This document shows positions 7,917 through 16,978 of a stretch of DNA of 64,000 bases, in pieces (the stretch's first letter is position 1; each line of letters opens with the position of its first letter). This DNA is from Deltaproteobacteria bacterium (GTDB lineage Bacteria; Myxococcota; Myxococcia; Myxococcales; 40CM-4-68-19): the NCBI GenBank assembly GCA_043781235.1, contig JAYWBT010000114.1, forward strand, positions 6,226 through 70,225, in the 5' to 3' direction. A program made the position numbers and the translations under genes. A model generated the notes under the pieces. The model saw nothing but the letters and a program-made list of their open reading frames with translations. It ran no database searches and was not told the DNA's origin.

Positions 7917-10130
7917 CTACGGCGAGACGGAAACCTGCAGCGCCGTGAAGGCGGCGAGGTTGGTCCCGATCTGGTCGAGCCCCACGGGCCCGCCGAAGGT
8001 CTCGAGCTGCTCGGCGGTCACCGCGGTGGTCAGCTTCAGGCTGAGCAGCCGGGCGGTCGGGCCGGCGGTCTTGCCGTCGGCGCCGGGCGCGTCGGCGAAG
8101 GGATCGGTCAGGCCGATCGAACTCACTGAGGGATCGGGCAAGGTAATCGGACCGCCCGCTGCCGCCGTGGGGCTGATCCATATGTTCCAGGCGAGCCGCG
8201 CGTTGTTCTCCAACTCGAAGCGGTAGATCTGCGCGCGCGTGTCGGCCGGCGTGCCCACGTCCAGCTGCCGCCCCGTCTTTTTGATGGTGACGGAGACGGT
8301 AGACGGCAAACTGAGGTAGGGCTCGGGAAAGGGCACGTCCACGGCGGCAGCGGGCGGCGCGACGTAGTCGATCTTGTCCATCGTCTTGATCAGGCCGCTC
8401 ACTGCCACGCGCGTAGTCGAGCCCGGCGAAAGACCGCCGAAGTTGAGCGCGAGCAGCGCCACGCCATACTTGCTGCCCTCGGCGCCATTGTTCGGCGGCG
8501 CCATCTTGAAAGGCAGGACGCTGGTCGCGCACGCGGTCGGGCCGCCGCTCGGGTCGCAGGTGGGATCGAGCACCTTGGCCGTGTTGGCCTTGTTCGAGTC
8601 CTTCGCCGAGAGGCCCGCGGTCAGGCCGAGCGGCAGGAAGCCCACCGGATAGTCCATCGCGCCAGCGACCACCAGCGCGCCGTCCAGGTACTTGCCGTCG
8701 AGCTTGGGAAGGTCGGGCGACTTGGCCTGCACCCGCAGGCGCAGCGGCGTGTTCAGCGGGATGGCAACCGGCGCGAACGTGCCGGGACCTCCCGCGGCCG
8801 GCGGCGTCGCCTGCACATCCACGAGCGCGCCCGCCTGCAGCTTGCTGAAGAGGGGCAGCAGCTGCGGCAGGAGGCCGCCGATGTCGGGCGCGCCACCGCT
8901 GCCGCCGGACAGCACCGGCCCGAGCGCGGTGACCACCGAGGTGAGGTTCACGTTGCCGCCCAGGCCCCAGATGGCGCGCTTGCCCGGGTCGGTGAAGACC
9001 CGGTAGTCCTGCGTGTTGAAGAGGTTCGAGCCGACGCCCAGCACCAGGCCGTAGGGCAGGTTCTTGTTGAAGGTGCTGCCGCCGAGCGAGATGCTCACCG
9101 GGTGCGAGGTGCCGAGCAGAGTGTCGACCGAAAGATCGAGCAGGCTGTTGGGGATGCTGCTGCCGAAGAAAGCAAGGTGCACGGCCTCGCCCTGGGCCGC
9201 GAGCGGTGAGAAGTCGCCTTCCGGCGGGCAGACGGCGTCGTTGGCGCCGGCGCGCTGATCACACATGTGACCGGTGAAGCCGCTGCGCTTGCTGGCGGCG
9301 AGGTACGGCGTCAACGGAGCGAGGATGTCCGTCGCGGTCGTCTGGATAAACGACGTGTAGCCGTAGCCCGCCGCGAATACGTGCACGTCTTGTGAGCCCG
9401 TCTGGCCCGCGAAGCTCACCACGCCGTCGGCGCCGGTCACGCACGACGCAGGAGTCGCATTCGGGCAGGCCGCCGAAAAGGTGAGCAGCACCTTCGCGCC
9501 CATCACCGGCACCTTGCTGTCGATGTTGATGACGGTGATGCGGAGCGCGCCCGGCGCCTGCGCTCCGTAGGAGTGGACCGTGGCGGCCGGGCAGGTCGCG
9601 GTGCCGCCAGTGACGCTGGCGCCGACGACGATATCGCCAGCCCCGGTGCCGGTGAGGAGGCCCGTCTGATCGATGGTTCCGGGGCCCGAGGTGACCGACC
9701 AGGTGAACTTGTCCCAGTGCACTGCGCGACCCCCCGAGTCCTGCGCCAGCCCCTTGAGTTGTACGGTCGGGTTGGTCGCGCCGGCGCGGACCTCGGCGGG
9801 GTTCGGCGCGACGTCGCAGTGGGCGATCTGGGTCGCGTCGGGCGAGGTGGAGCACTTGCCGTTCAGGCACGACTGGCCGCTCGCGCACTGCGAATCGCTG
9901 CCGCAAGCGGGCAAGAGACAAATGCCTTCCTCACAGACCTGGGGGGTGCTGCAGTCCGAGGTCTGGTGGCAGTTGGGAACGCACTGCGAGCTCAGGCAGA
10001 CCTGCCCGCTCGCGCAGTCCGCGCGCGTGGCGCAGGCGGGGCCCGCGTCGGGCGGTGTGACGGTGGTGCTGCCCTTGCCGCAGGCACCAAGCATCAAGAC
10101 CGCGCAGGCCGTCACGAAACGATGGAGCAT
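7917..10130 (-). CDS. Large lipoprotein with myxo-type Cys-rich repeats, a Big_2-like Ig domain and a CarboxypepD_reg-like domain
   Basis: ORF 7917..10367. I start it at ATG 10130 (GGAAGGGGAA RBS), which gives MLHRFVTACAVLMLGACGKG (lipobox). It has three CxxxxDCxxGxxCxxxxC repeats and an Ig-like segment (VAPNPAEVRAGAT...VGASVTGGTA). Confidence 0.75.
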   Translation of the reverse strand: MLHRFVTACAVLMLGACGKGSTTVTPPDAGPACATRADCASGQVCLSSQCVPNCHQTSDCSTPQVCEEGICLLPACGSDSQCASGQSCLNGKCSTSPDATQIAHCDVAPNPAEVRAGATNPTVQLKGLAQDSGGRAVHWDKFTWSVTSGPGTIDQTGLLTGTGAGDIVVGASVTGGTATCPAATVHSYGAQAPGALRITVINIDSKVPVMGAKVLLTFSAACPNATPASCVTGADGVVSFAGQTGSQDVHVFAAGYGYTSFIQTTATDILAPLTPYLAASKRSGFTGHMCDQRAGANDAVCPPEGDFSPLAAQGEAVHLAFFGSSIPNSLLDLSVDTLLGTSHPVSISLGGSTFNKNLPYGLVLGVGSNLFNTQDYRVFTDPGKRAIWGLGGNVNLTSVVTALGPVLSGGSGGAPDIGGLLPQLLPLFSKLQAGALVDVQATPPAAGGPGTFAPVAIPLNTPLRLRVQAKSPDLPKLDGKYLDGALVVAGAMDYPVGFLPLGLTAGLSAKDSNKANTAKVLDPTCDPSGGPTACATSVLPFKMAPPNNGAEGSKYGVALLALNFGGLSPGSTTRVAVSGLIKTMDKIDYVAPPAAAVDVPFPEPYLSLPSTVSVTIKKTGRQLDVGTPADTRAQIYRFELENNARLAWNIWISPTAAAGGPITLPDPSVSSIGLTDPFADAPGADGKTAGPTARLLSLKLTTAVTAEQLETFGGPVGLDQIGTNLAAFTALQVSVSP

Positions 10131-10361
10131 CCGGGGTTCCCCTTCCAGCTGAAAAGTCCAGAAGCGATACGTGGAGCCCGCCCGAAAAAGTCGGCGCAGG
10201 GTGATGAACGTAGCGCCGTGTGTCAAGTCGCGGCGCGCCAGGCAGGCGGGGGCTTCTCCCGCGGAAGAAGACTCTCGCGCAGGAGCGCCGACCACGCATC
10301 GGACATTCAGCGGGCGGTGCATTTTCGCGCGCCGATCCGTCGATTCCGCTACCATCGATTC

Positions 10362-11816
10362 GTGCATGGCTTCGCGCTCGCGCTGCTCCTGGCTACCGCC
10401 GAGCTCCCTTCGCAGGCCCAGCTAGAAGCGGCGGTGCAGGAAGCCATCGCCGGCTCGTGCCCGCGGCGGTCGGTCGCTTTCGATCGAGACTTGACCGCGG
10501 CGGCGCGCGCGTTCTCCACCGCGGCCAAGGTCGGGCTCACCGACGTGACCGGGAGCGCCCTCTCCTTTTACGCGTCGCTGGAGTCGAGCGAGCCGGCGCC
10601 CATCGCCGGCGTCGCCACCGTGTCGCCGCCCTCGCAGGCTGACCGCGCGGTGGGCGAGCTCTTTCCCAAGGCGTGCCGCTTCAACCGCATCGGCGTGGCG
10701 GCGGCGGTGCTGGCGAGCGGCGAGGCGGTGGTGGCGGCCCTCACGGCGCAGCATGCGTCGGACCTTGCGCCCATCCCGGGGCACGTCGCGTCGGGCGACT
10801 CCGTCGAGGTGAGCGGCCGTCTCGCGACCGGGCTCACGAAGCCGCGGCTCTTCGTCACCCGGCCCGGCGGCGAGGTCGAGGAGCTGAAGCTCGCGACGGC
10901 CGGCGACCGCTTCTCCGGCCGTGTCACCCTGCGCCCCGACGGCGAGCACTCCGTCGAGGTGCTCGGCAACGGTCCGGGCGGACCCCAGGTGCTGGCCGTG
11001 CGACGGGTATTCGCCGGTGTCGAACGGCCCGCGCGCCCGCCCGCGCTGCGAGCCCCAGGCACCGGCCTTGCCGCGGTGGAGACCGAAATCGACCGACTCC
11101 GCTCCGCGCGGGGTCTGCCGCACCTCCAGCGCGACGCCGAGCTCGACGCGGTGGCGGAAGGCCATAGCCGCGAAATGGCGCGCACGCGAACCTTTGCGCA
11201 TGTGCTTGCAAGCGATGGCAGCCTGTCAGACCGGCTGCGTAAGTCCGGCTACGCCTATCAATCGGCCGGAGAGAACATCGGCCTTTCCGACGACGCCGTC
11301 ACCGCGCACCAGGCGGTGGCCGGATCGCCCGCGCACCTCGCGAATCTCCTCGATCCGCGGCATCGCCGGCTGGGACTGGGCACGGCGCGCGGCGTCTCGC
11401 CCGACGGCGCGCAGGCCGTCTACCTCACCGAGGTGCTCGCGGCGCCCGTGGTCGGGTCGGCGGACCCCGCGAGCGAGGCGCTCGGCCTGATCGCGCAGGA
11501 GCGCGCCCGCCGGAGGTTGCCGCCGCTCGCGCGCAGTGCAGACCTGGACGCGGTGGCGCGCCGCGCGATCGCGCAGGTCGCGCTGTCAGACTCGCTCAAG
11601 CTGCCCGCGGAGGTCACCGCCGCCGCGCTCGACATCGATCCGACTCTCAAGAGCGTGGTGGGCGAACTCTTCGTGGGCAGCGCGCCCGACGAGACGAAGA
11701 CCTCGAGCAACCTGGGGGACCCGCGATGGACGCGCGTCGGCCTGGGAGCCATTTATGCCAGTTCGAAGGCCTACGGACCCGGCCGGCTCTGGGTGCTGGT
11801 CCTCTACGCCAACTAA
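10362..11816 (+). CDS. Secreted CAP/SCP (YkwD-like) domain protein
   Basis: The C-terminal half contains GHSREMARTRTFAHV...SGYAYQSAGENIG...AHQAVAGSPAHLANLLDPRHRRLGLG, typical of CAP/SCP domains. I chose GTG 10362 (VHGFALALLLATAELPSQAQ, signal-like). The 747-aa ORF upstream part is antisense to the lipoprotein gene. Confidence 0.7.
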   Translation: MHGFALALLLATAELPSQAQLEAAVQEAIAGSCPRRSVAFDRDLTAAARAFSTAAKVGLTDVTGSALSFYASLESSEPAPIAGVATVSPPSQADRAVGELFPKACRFNRIGVAAAVLASGEAVVAALTAQHASDLAPIPGHVASGDSVEVSGRLATGLTKPRLFVTRPGGEVEELKLATAGDRFSGRVTLRPDGEHSVEVLGNGPGGPQVLAVRRVFAGVERPARPPALRAPGTGLAAVETEIDRLRSARGLPHLQRDAELDAVAEGHSREMARTRTFAHVLASDGSLSDRLRKSGYAYQSAGENIGLSDDAVTAHQAVAGSPAHLANLLDPRHRRLGLGTARGVSPDGAQAVYLTEVLAAPVVGSADPASEALGLIAQERARRRLPPLARSADLDAVARRAIAQVALSDSLKLPAEVTAAALDIDPTLKSVVGELFVGSAPDETKTSSNLGDPRWTRVGLGAIYASSKAYGPGRLWVLVLYAN

Positions 11817-11823
11817 GCCGCTC

Positions 11824-12069
11824 CTAGGCGGACCTCCGCTGCGTCGCGAAGGCCTCGATCGAATGCTCAGGAGAGCCATCGGTGACCGTGTAATTCGGGC
11901 AGCGCACGCAGGTAAAGCTATTCCAGCCCCGCTTGACCGCGTCGTTCAGGCACTCGTCGTACGAAGTGCAGAAAAGGTTGCGGTGCGCCTCGACGGACAT
12001 CTTCCGATTGCCCTCGAGGCTGATCGGCGTCGTCATCTCAGTCGGGAACGGCTTCGCCATGACAGCCAT
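11824..12069 (-). CDS. Small conserved-looking Cys4 protein (81 aa), possible metal/Fe-S binding
   Basis: GGAGG lies 10 nt upstream of ATG 12069. GC content is locally lower. The Cys pattern is C-x5-C-x13-C-x2-C (FCTSYDECLNDAVKRGWNSFTCVRCP). No family recognised. Confidence 0.55.
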   Translation of the reverse strand: MAVMAKPFPTEMTTPISLEGNRKMSVEAHRNLFCTSYDECLNDAVKRGWNSFTCVRCPNYTVTDGSPEHSIEAFATQRRSA

Positions 12070-12155
12070 GCGGATGAAACCTCCTGAAGGCGGGGGCATA
12101 TAACAGAACGCGTCAACCGGCGCCACTCGACCGGCCGCGGCGCGGCAATGTCAGC

Positions 12156-14345
12156 ATGGGCCGGCAGAACGGCAAGGTTCCCAGGAGCAAGGTGAAATTG
12201 ACGATCCGATCGACCTTGGTCGCGATGGCGCTGCTCTTCGACCAGCGGACAGCGGGCGCCGCGCAGTTTTCCTGGGAAGACGCTGGCGCCCTGCTCGCCG
12301 ACGCGAACCCGGATGCTGCGGCCGCGGCGGCGCGGCCCTGCGCGACTGAGGACGCACGCTGCACGCTGATCCTGGCTCGCTCCCTCTGCGCTGGCGGTCG
12401 CTTCGACGAAGCGGCGGAGGTGTTGGAGCCTTGGCTGGGCAAGCTTGGCCCGCTCGAGCCGTACGCGCTCGGGCTGCTGGGTGAGGCGAGGCTAATGGCT
12501 GCACACCCGCACCAGGCGCTCGAACCGTTGCGGGCGGCAGTGCGGCTGGATGCGCAGGGGTCCGCCGGCACGCATGCCGCCGCATTGCTCGCCCAGGCAT
12601 TGCTGGCCGACCACGACCTTCCGGCGGCGGCGCAGCAGGCGCTCCACGCGGCCGGGCTTGCGGGCCAGCCTCCGGAGGAGAAGGCGCGGCTGGCGCGGCT
12701 CCACGCCACGGCGGTCCTCGAGCAGGCGCGGGCCGATCCTACGCTGCGGCGCGAAGCGGCGCTGGCGCTGCGGTCGCTCTGGCTGCTGCACCCCGAGCTC
12801 CCCGAGGCGCAGGCGGCGCGCGACGAGGAGCTGGCGCTGGGCGTCGAGCTTCCTCCGCCCACCGGCCACGATTTGCTCCTGCGTGCTTCGCGCCTGCTTT
12901 CGGCGGGGCGGCCCAGTGCCGCCACCGCGCAATCCGAAGCGGCGACCGCCGCGCTGACCGGAGAGGACGCGGCCGAGGCGCAGCTTCTCCACGCCCGGGC
13001 GCTCGCGGCGGACGGGCGCCGCAACGACGCGGGGCCCTCACTGCTCGGCGCGGTCAAAGGTGCGCCCCATGTGGCCGCGCAGGCGTCGATGCTGCTGGCC
13101 CGCGACCGCGCCCGGCACGGCCGCGATCCCGAAGCGATCCGCATCGCCGACGAGCTCGCCCGCCGGTTCCCCGCGGCACCGGAGGCCGAGGAGGCCGCGC
13201 TCTTCGCGGCGCGGCTGGAGCTCGACGCCGGCCACAAGCCTTCGGCCCGCGCGCGGCTGGCGAGGCTGGCTGCGAAGCGCATCGGCCAGAACGCCGCGGC
13301 CGCGCGCTGGAGCCTCGCCTGGCTCTCGTATCAGGACCGGCTGCCCGACGCCGTCGAGCGGTTCGCCGAGTTCGCGGCCAGCGCCCAGAGCGACGAGGAG
13401 CGCGCCCAAGGCGCCTACTGGCAAGCGCGCGCGGGCAAGCCGCAGCTCGCCGCGCAGCTGTTTCGGCGCGCGGCGGCGCTGGACCCGCTGGGCTGGTACG
13501 GCTTGCTCGCGCGCGATCGGCTCGGCCAGTCGGGCGCGAGTCCGGCACCCTTTCCGCCCCCGCCGCTCCCAGCGCGCACGACCCCGCTCCCGCCCCGCCT
13601 CGCCCTCGCCGACGAGCTGGCGCGCATGGGCTTTCTGCTGGACGCCGCCGCGGAGGCGGACCGCTTCCTCCAGGAGCGCGGCGACGCGACGGAGGCGCTG
13701 CCCGTCTACGAGCGGGCGCGCCGCTTCGATCGATCGATGGCGCTGGGCGATGCTCTCCTCGGCGCCCGCAGCAAGCTGCCGCGGCTCGACGCGCTCACTC
13801 CGCGGCTGCGCGTGGCGCTCGCCGCCGCCTACCCGGCCGCCTTCCCGCGCGAAGTGGCCGCCAGCACGCGGCGGACCGGCATCGATCCGTATCTTCTGCT
13901 TGCCGTGATGCGCCGCGAAAGTTTGTTCAAGGCCGACGCGCGGAGCGCAGCGGGCGCCGTCGGACTGATGCAGCTGCTGCCGGCGACCGCGCGGCGTGCG
14001 GCCCTCGTGCTCGGGCGCCCGCCGCTGCGCGACGAGGACCTCACCGTTCCCGCGACCGCCATCGACCTCGGCGCCTGGTACCTCGCCGAATTGCTGGGCC
14101 GCTTCGGCGACGCGCCGCTCGCCGCCGCCGCCTACAACGCCGGCCCGCGCGTCGCGGCGCCTTGGGCCGACAAGGGCGCGGGCGAGCCGATCGATCAATG
14201 GGTCGAGGAGCTCCCGTACCGCGAGACGCGCAAGTACATCAAGGTCATCGTCGGTGCCTGGAGCGCCTACCGCATCCTCGCGGGAGGCTCGCCGCCGCGG
14301 CTCTTGGCCACGGTGCCGCCGCTGAAAGCGGGCGCGGCCTTCTAG
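12156..14345 (+). CDS. Soluble lytic murein transglycosylase (Slt70-like: superhelical N-domain + SLT domain)
   Basis: The SLT catalytic region LLLAVMRRESLFKADARSAAGAVGLMQLLPATARR and AAAYNAGP is present, after a long Ala-rich helical N-terminal region. The start is uncertain (ATG 12156 or GTG 12192). Confidence 0.85.
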   Translation: MGRQNGKVPRSKVKLTIRSTLVAMALLFDQRTAGAAQFSWEDAGALLADANPDAAAAAARPCATEDARCTLILARSLCAGGRFDEAAEVLEPWLGKLGPLEPYALGLLGEARLMAAHPHQALEPLRAAVRLDAQGSAGTHAAALLAQALLADHDLPAAAQQALHAAGLAGQPPEEKARLARLHATAVLEQARADPTLRREAALALRSLWLLHPELPEAQAARDEELALGVELPPPTGHDLLLRASRLLSAGRPSAATAQSEAATAALTGEDAAEAQLLHARALAADGRRNDAGPSLLGAVKGAPHVAAQASMLLARDRARHGRDPEAIRIADELARRFPAAPEAEEAALFAARLELDAGHKPSARARLARLAAKRIGQNAAAARWSLAWLSYQDRLPDAVERFAEFAASAQSDEERAQGAYWQARAGKPQLAAQLFRRAAALDPLGWYGLLARDRLGQSGASPAPFPPPPLPARTTPLPPRLALADELARMGFLLDAAAEADRFLQERGDATEALPVYERARRFDRSMALGDALLGARSKLPRLDALTPRLRVALAAAYPAAFPREVAASTRRTGIDPYLLLAVMRRESLFKADARSAAGAVGLMQLLPATARRAALVLGRPPLRDEDLTVPATAIDLGAWYLAELLGRFGDAPLAAAAYNAGPRVAAPWADKGAGEPIDQWVEELPYRETRKYIKVIVGAWSAYRILAGGSPPRLLATVPPLKAGAAF

Positions 14346-14355
14346 CTTCCGATGG

Positions 14356-15552
14356 CTAGAGCAGCTCGCCTTGCTGCGGCGAGGGCGGCTTCGAGGGCGG
14401 CGCCCTGAGCACCTCGAGGATCTCGGCGCCGTATTGCTCGATGCGGAACGGGTCCATTCCCTCGACCGCGCCGAGCGCCGGAAGGCTGTCCGGCGCGATG
14501 CGCGCAACCGCCATCAGCACCGCGTTGGGCGCGATCACCTGCACCTCGACCTTGCGCGCCTCCGCGCGCGCCTTGCGCCACGCGCGCAGCCGCTCGAAGC
14601 GCTCCTCCACCTCGGGCGGAGGCGCGCCGGGCCCGCCCTTCCTCCAGCGCCCGTTCGGCGCGCCCGCGGTCTTGGGCTTCGCCAGCGGCTCGGCCGCGAG
14701 CCCGTTCTTCACCGCCTCGAGCACGCCCTCGACCACGCGCTTCAAGCTACCGGCGGAAACCCCAGGCACGCGCGCCAGCTCCTCCTCCGTCTTCGGCAGC
14801 CGCCGCGCCACCTCCGAGAGGAACAGGTCGGAGAGCACCTTGAACGGGGGCCGGTTCACCTCGCGCGCGCGGCGATCGCGCAGCAGGAACAGCTCCCGCA
14901 GCACCGCCCGGCCGCGGCCGTCGAGCGTGCGCGCCGCCTTCATCCGCTGCCACGCTTCTGGATCGAACTCGCGAACCCGCGGCTCCTTCGCAACCAGGCG
15001 CGCGAACTCCGCCTGCGCCTCGCGCTCGAGTCCGCGCTCGGCGAGCTTGCCGGCGATCCGGTCGCGCAGCGGCAGGAGGAACTGCACGTCAGCGAAGGCG
15101 TACTCGATCTGCTGAGGCGAGAGCGGCCGCTTGCCCCAGTCGCTCTTCTGCTCGTCGATGGTGGCCTTGATGCCCAGCTCGTCCTCGAGCAGGTTGTGCA
15201 GCCCCACCCGCTCGATGCCGAGCACCTTGGCCGCGGCGTGGGTGTCGAAGATGCGGCCGAAGAGGAGGCCGTAGTCGCGCTTCATGCAGAGCACGTCGTA
15301 CTCGGCGGCGTGGAGGATGATCTCGCGCGAGGGATCAGCGAGCAGCGGCACCAGCGGCTTGAGATCGACGGCGATCAGGTCGACGACCCAGTCAACCCCG
15401 GCCGTCGCCACCTGCACCAGGCACACCTTTTCGAAATAGGCGTGGAAGCCGTTCGACTCGGTGTCGAGGCCGATTCGCTCTTCCTTCTGCACCGTTTCGA
15501 CGAGCTGGGCGAGCTGCGCTCCGTCCGTGATGAGCTGGCGTCCGCGTTCCAT
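14356..15552 (-). CDS. rnd: Ribonuclease D (DEDD 3'-5' exonuclease + HRDC)
   Basis: LDTESNGFHAYFEKVCLVQVAT (Exo I) and the YAFADVQFLLPL motif are present, followed by an HRDC-like segment after residue ~210. Confidence 0.88.
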   Translation of the reverse strand: MERGRQLITDGAQLAQLVETVQKEERIGLDTESNGFHAYFEKVCLVQVATAGVDWVVDLIAVDLKPLVPLLADPSREIILHAAEYDVLCMKRDYGLLFGRIFDTHAAAKVLGIERVGLHNLLEDELGIKATIDEQKSDWGKRPLSPQQIEYAFADVQFLLPLRDRIAGKLAERGLEREAQAEFARLVAKEPRVREFDPEAWQRMKAARTLDGRGRAVLRELFLLRDRRAREVNRPPFKVLSDLFLSEVARRLPKTEEELARVPGVSAGSLKRVVEGVLEAVKNGLAAEPLAKPKTAGAPNGRWRKGGPGAPPPEVEERFERLRAWRKARAEARKVEVQVIAPNAVLMAVARIAPDSLPALGAVEGMDPFRIEQYGAEILEVLRAPPSKPPSPQQGELL

Positions 15553-15567
15553 GAGCGGAGCGCTTTA

Positions 15568-16887
15568 TCACGCGCGCTCTTCGATCTCCTGCAACAAAGG
15601 GCGGAACTTGCCGCGCGCTTTGAGCAAGCGGAGATCCTGCGCCAGCCCGGCGGCCGCCCGGTAGAAGAGCAGCGCCTCGGCCGGCGGCTTGATCGACAGC
15701 GCGAGGCGCGGCTCGCTCTGGAAGAGCCTTCGCGCCGCCACCACCATGGCGTCCGACCCGAAGTCGTAGTCGTCGGTGAGCGACGGCTTCTCGACCAGGT
15801 CGGCCAGGCGGTCGCAGAAGGCGTACGCCTCCTCTTCGTCGTCGCCGAGGAAGCGGAAGCCCGCAGCCGCGAGCGACGGCCCTACCTCGGGGCGCGGCGA
15901 GCCGTTCGCGAGCGCATGGAGGAAACCGCGATAGACCGAGGCGAAATTCTCCGAGAGTCGCTTGGTGGCGCCGAAGTCGAGCACGCCCAGCCGGCCGTCG
16001 GGCAGCACCAGGAAGTTGCCGGGGTGCGGATCGGCGTGGATCAGCCGCTCGGTAAAGAACGGCCCCCAGATGGCGAACACCAGCAGGCGCGCGATGCGGA
16101 ACCGCTCGGGAGCGCCGGCATCCGACTCGATGGCGTCGAGCAGCGACGGGCCGCGCAACCGCTCGAGGCAAAGCACGCGCCTCCCGCTGAGCTCCTCGAT
16201 CACCTGCGGGACCACCAGCTCCGGATAGTGGCGCGCCGCGTGCGCGTAGTCGCGTGCCTGCCGAGCCTCCTCGCGGTAGTCGAGCTCGCGCAGGAGCGAG
16301 GCACGCAGCTCGTCGTAATAGGGGCGGCCGTCGAGGGTCTCGCCGGTGAGCGCGAAGCCCTTCACCAGGATGGACGCGTTGGCGAGGTCGCTCTCGAGCG
16401 CCTTGTCCACGCCGGGGTACTGCACCTTCACCACTACGTCGCGCCCGGTGCCCCTAAGGCCCGCCTTCAGCCGCGCGCCGTGCACCTGCCCGAGCGACGC
16501 GGCGGCGAGCGGCTCGCGATCGAAGCTCTCGAACAGCTCGTCAGGATGCTTGCCCAGCTCCTCGCGAACCACCTGCGCAACGGCCTCGAAGGGCATTCGC
16601 TGCGGCGCCTGCGAGAGGAGCTTGGCGACGATCGATCGCGCCTCGGGTGGGAGCGCGTCGGGGTCCATCGCCAGCGCCTGGCCGAGTTTGAGCGCGGCGC
16701 CCTTGAGCTCGCCGAGCGTCCCGAGGATGCGCTCCGCCGCCTTGCGCAGGTCCGGCTCGGAGTCGCCGGCTGCAAGCTTGCGCCGAGCCTGCGCCGCCAG
16801 AAGATCTCCGGTGGTGCGCGCGGTCAGGTAGGCGAGGCGGCCCATCCTGCGCAGCCGCCCCGATTTCACGTGCTCGTCGTCGCTCAC
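15568..16887 (-). CDS. ABC1/UbiB (AarF) family atypical kinase
   Basis: PLAAASLGQVHGARLK...DVVVKVQYPGV, HADPHPGNFLV and LDFGA motifs are present. The start is set at GTG 16887; the longer 559-aa ORF N-terminus is Arg/Ser/Pro junk overlapping the next gene. Confidence 0.85.
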   Translation of the reverse strand: MSDDEHVKSGRLRRMGRLAYLTARTTGDLLAAQARRKLAAGDSEPDLRKAAERILGTLGELKGAALKLGQALAMDPDALPPEARSIVAKLLSQAPQRMPFEAVAQVVREELGKHPDELFESFDREPLAAASLGQVHGARLKAGLRGTGRDVVVKVQYPGVDKALESDLANASILVKGFALTGETLDGRPYYDELRASLLRELDYREEARQARDYAHAARHYPELVVPQVIEELSGRRVLCLERLRGPSLLDAIESDAGAPERFRIARLLVFAIWGPFFTERLIHADPHPGNFLVLPDGRLGVLDFGATKRLSENFASVYRGFLHALANGSPRPEVGPSLAAAGFRFLGDDEEEAYAFCDRLADLVEKPSLTDDYDFGSDAMVVAARRLFQSEPRLALSIKPPAEALLFYRAAAGLAQDLRLLKARGKFRPLLQEIEERA

Positions 16888-16978
16888 GCGCTCACCATAA
16901 CCAGCGAGCGTTTTGGCGGCGACCACGCCGGCACGTGGCTGGGGGCGCGAGGGATACCGCGCGGAGGGAGCCCTCCGC

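Noticed and set aside
9573-10361. The N-terminal 263 codons of the 747-aa ORF that contains the CAP-domain gene.
   Set aside because: This part is antisense to the well-supported lipoprotein gene (7917..10130) and is compositionally junk-like. A signal-peptide-like start at GTG 10362 explains the real protein.
14342-14361. The inverted repeat TCTAGC-N8-GCTAGA, which contains both convergent stop codons (Slt70-like gene and rnd).
   Set aside because: It is real as a sequence feature, but it is only a 6-bp stem and is probably a coincidence of two TAG stops. There is no evidence for function.
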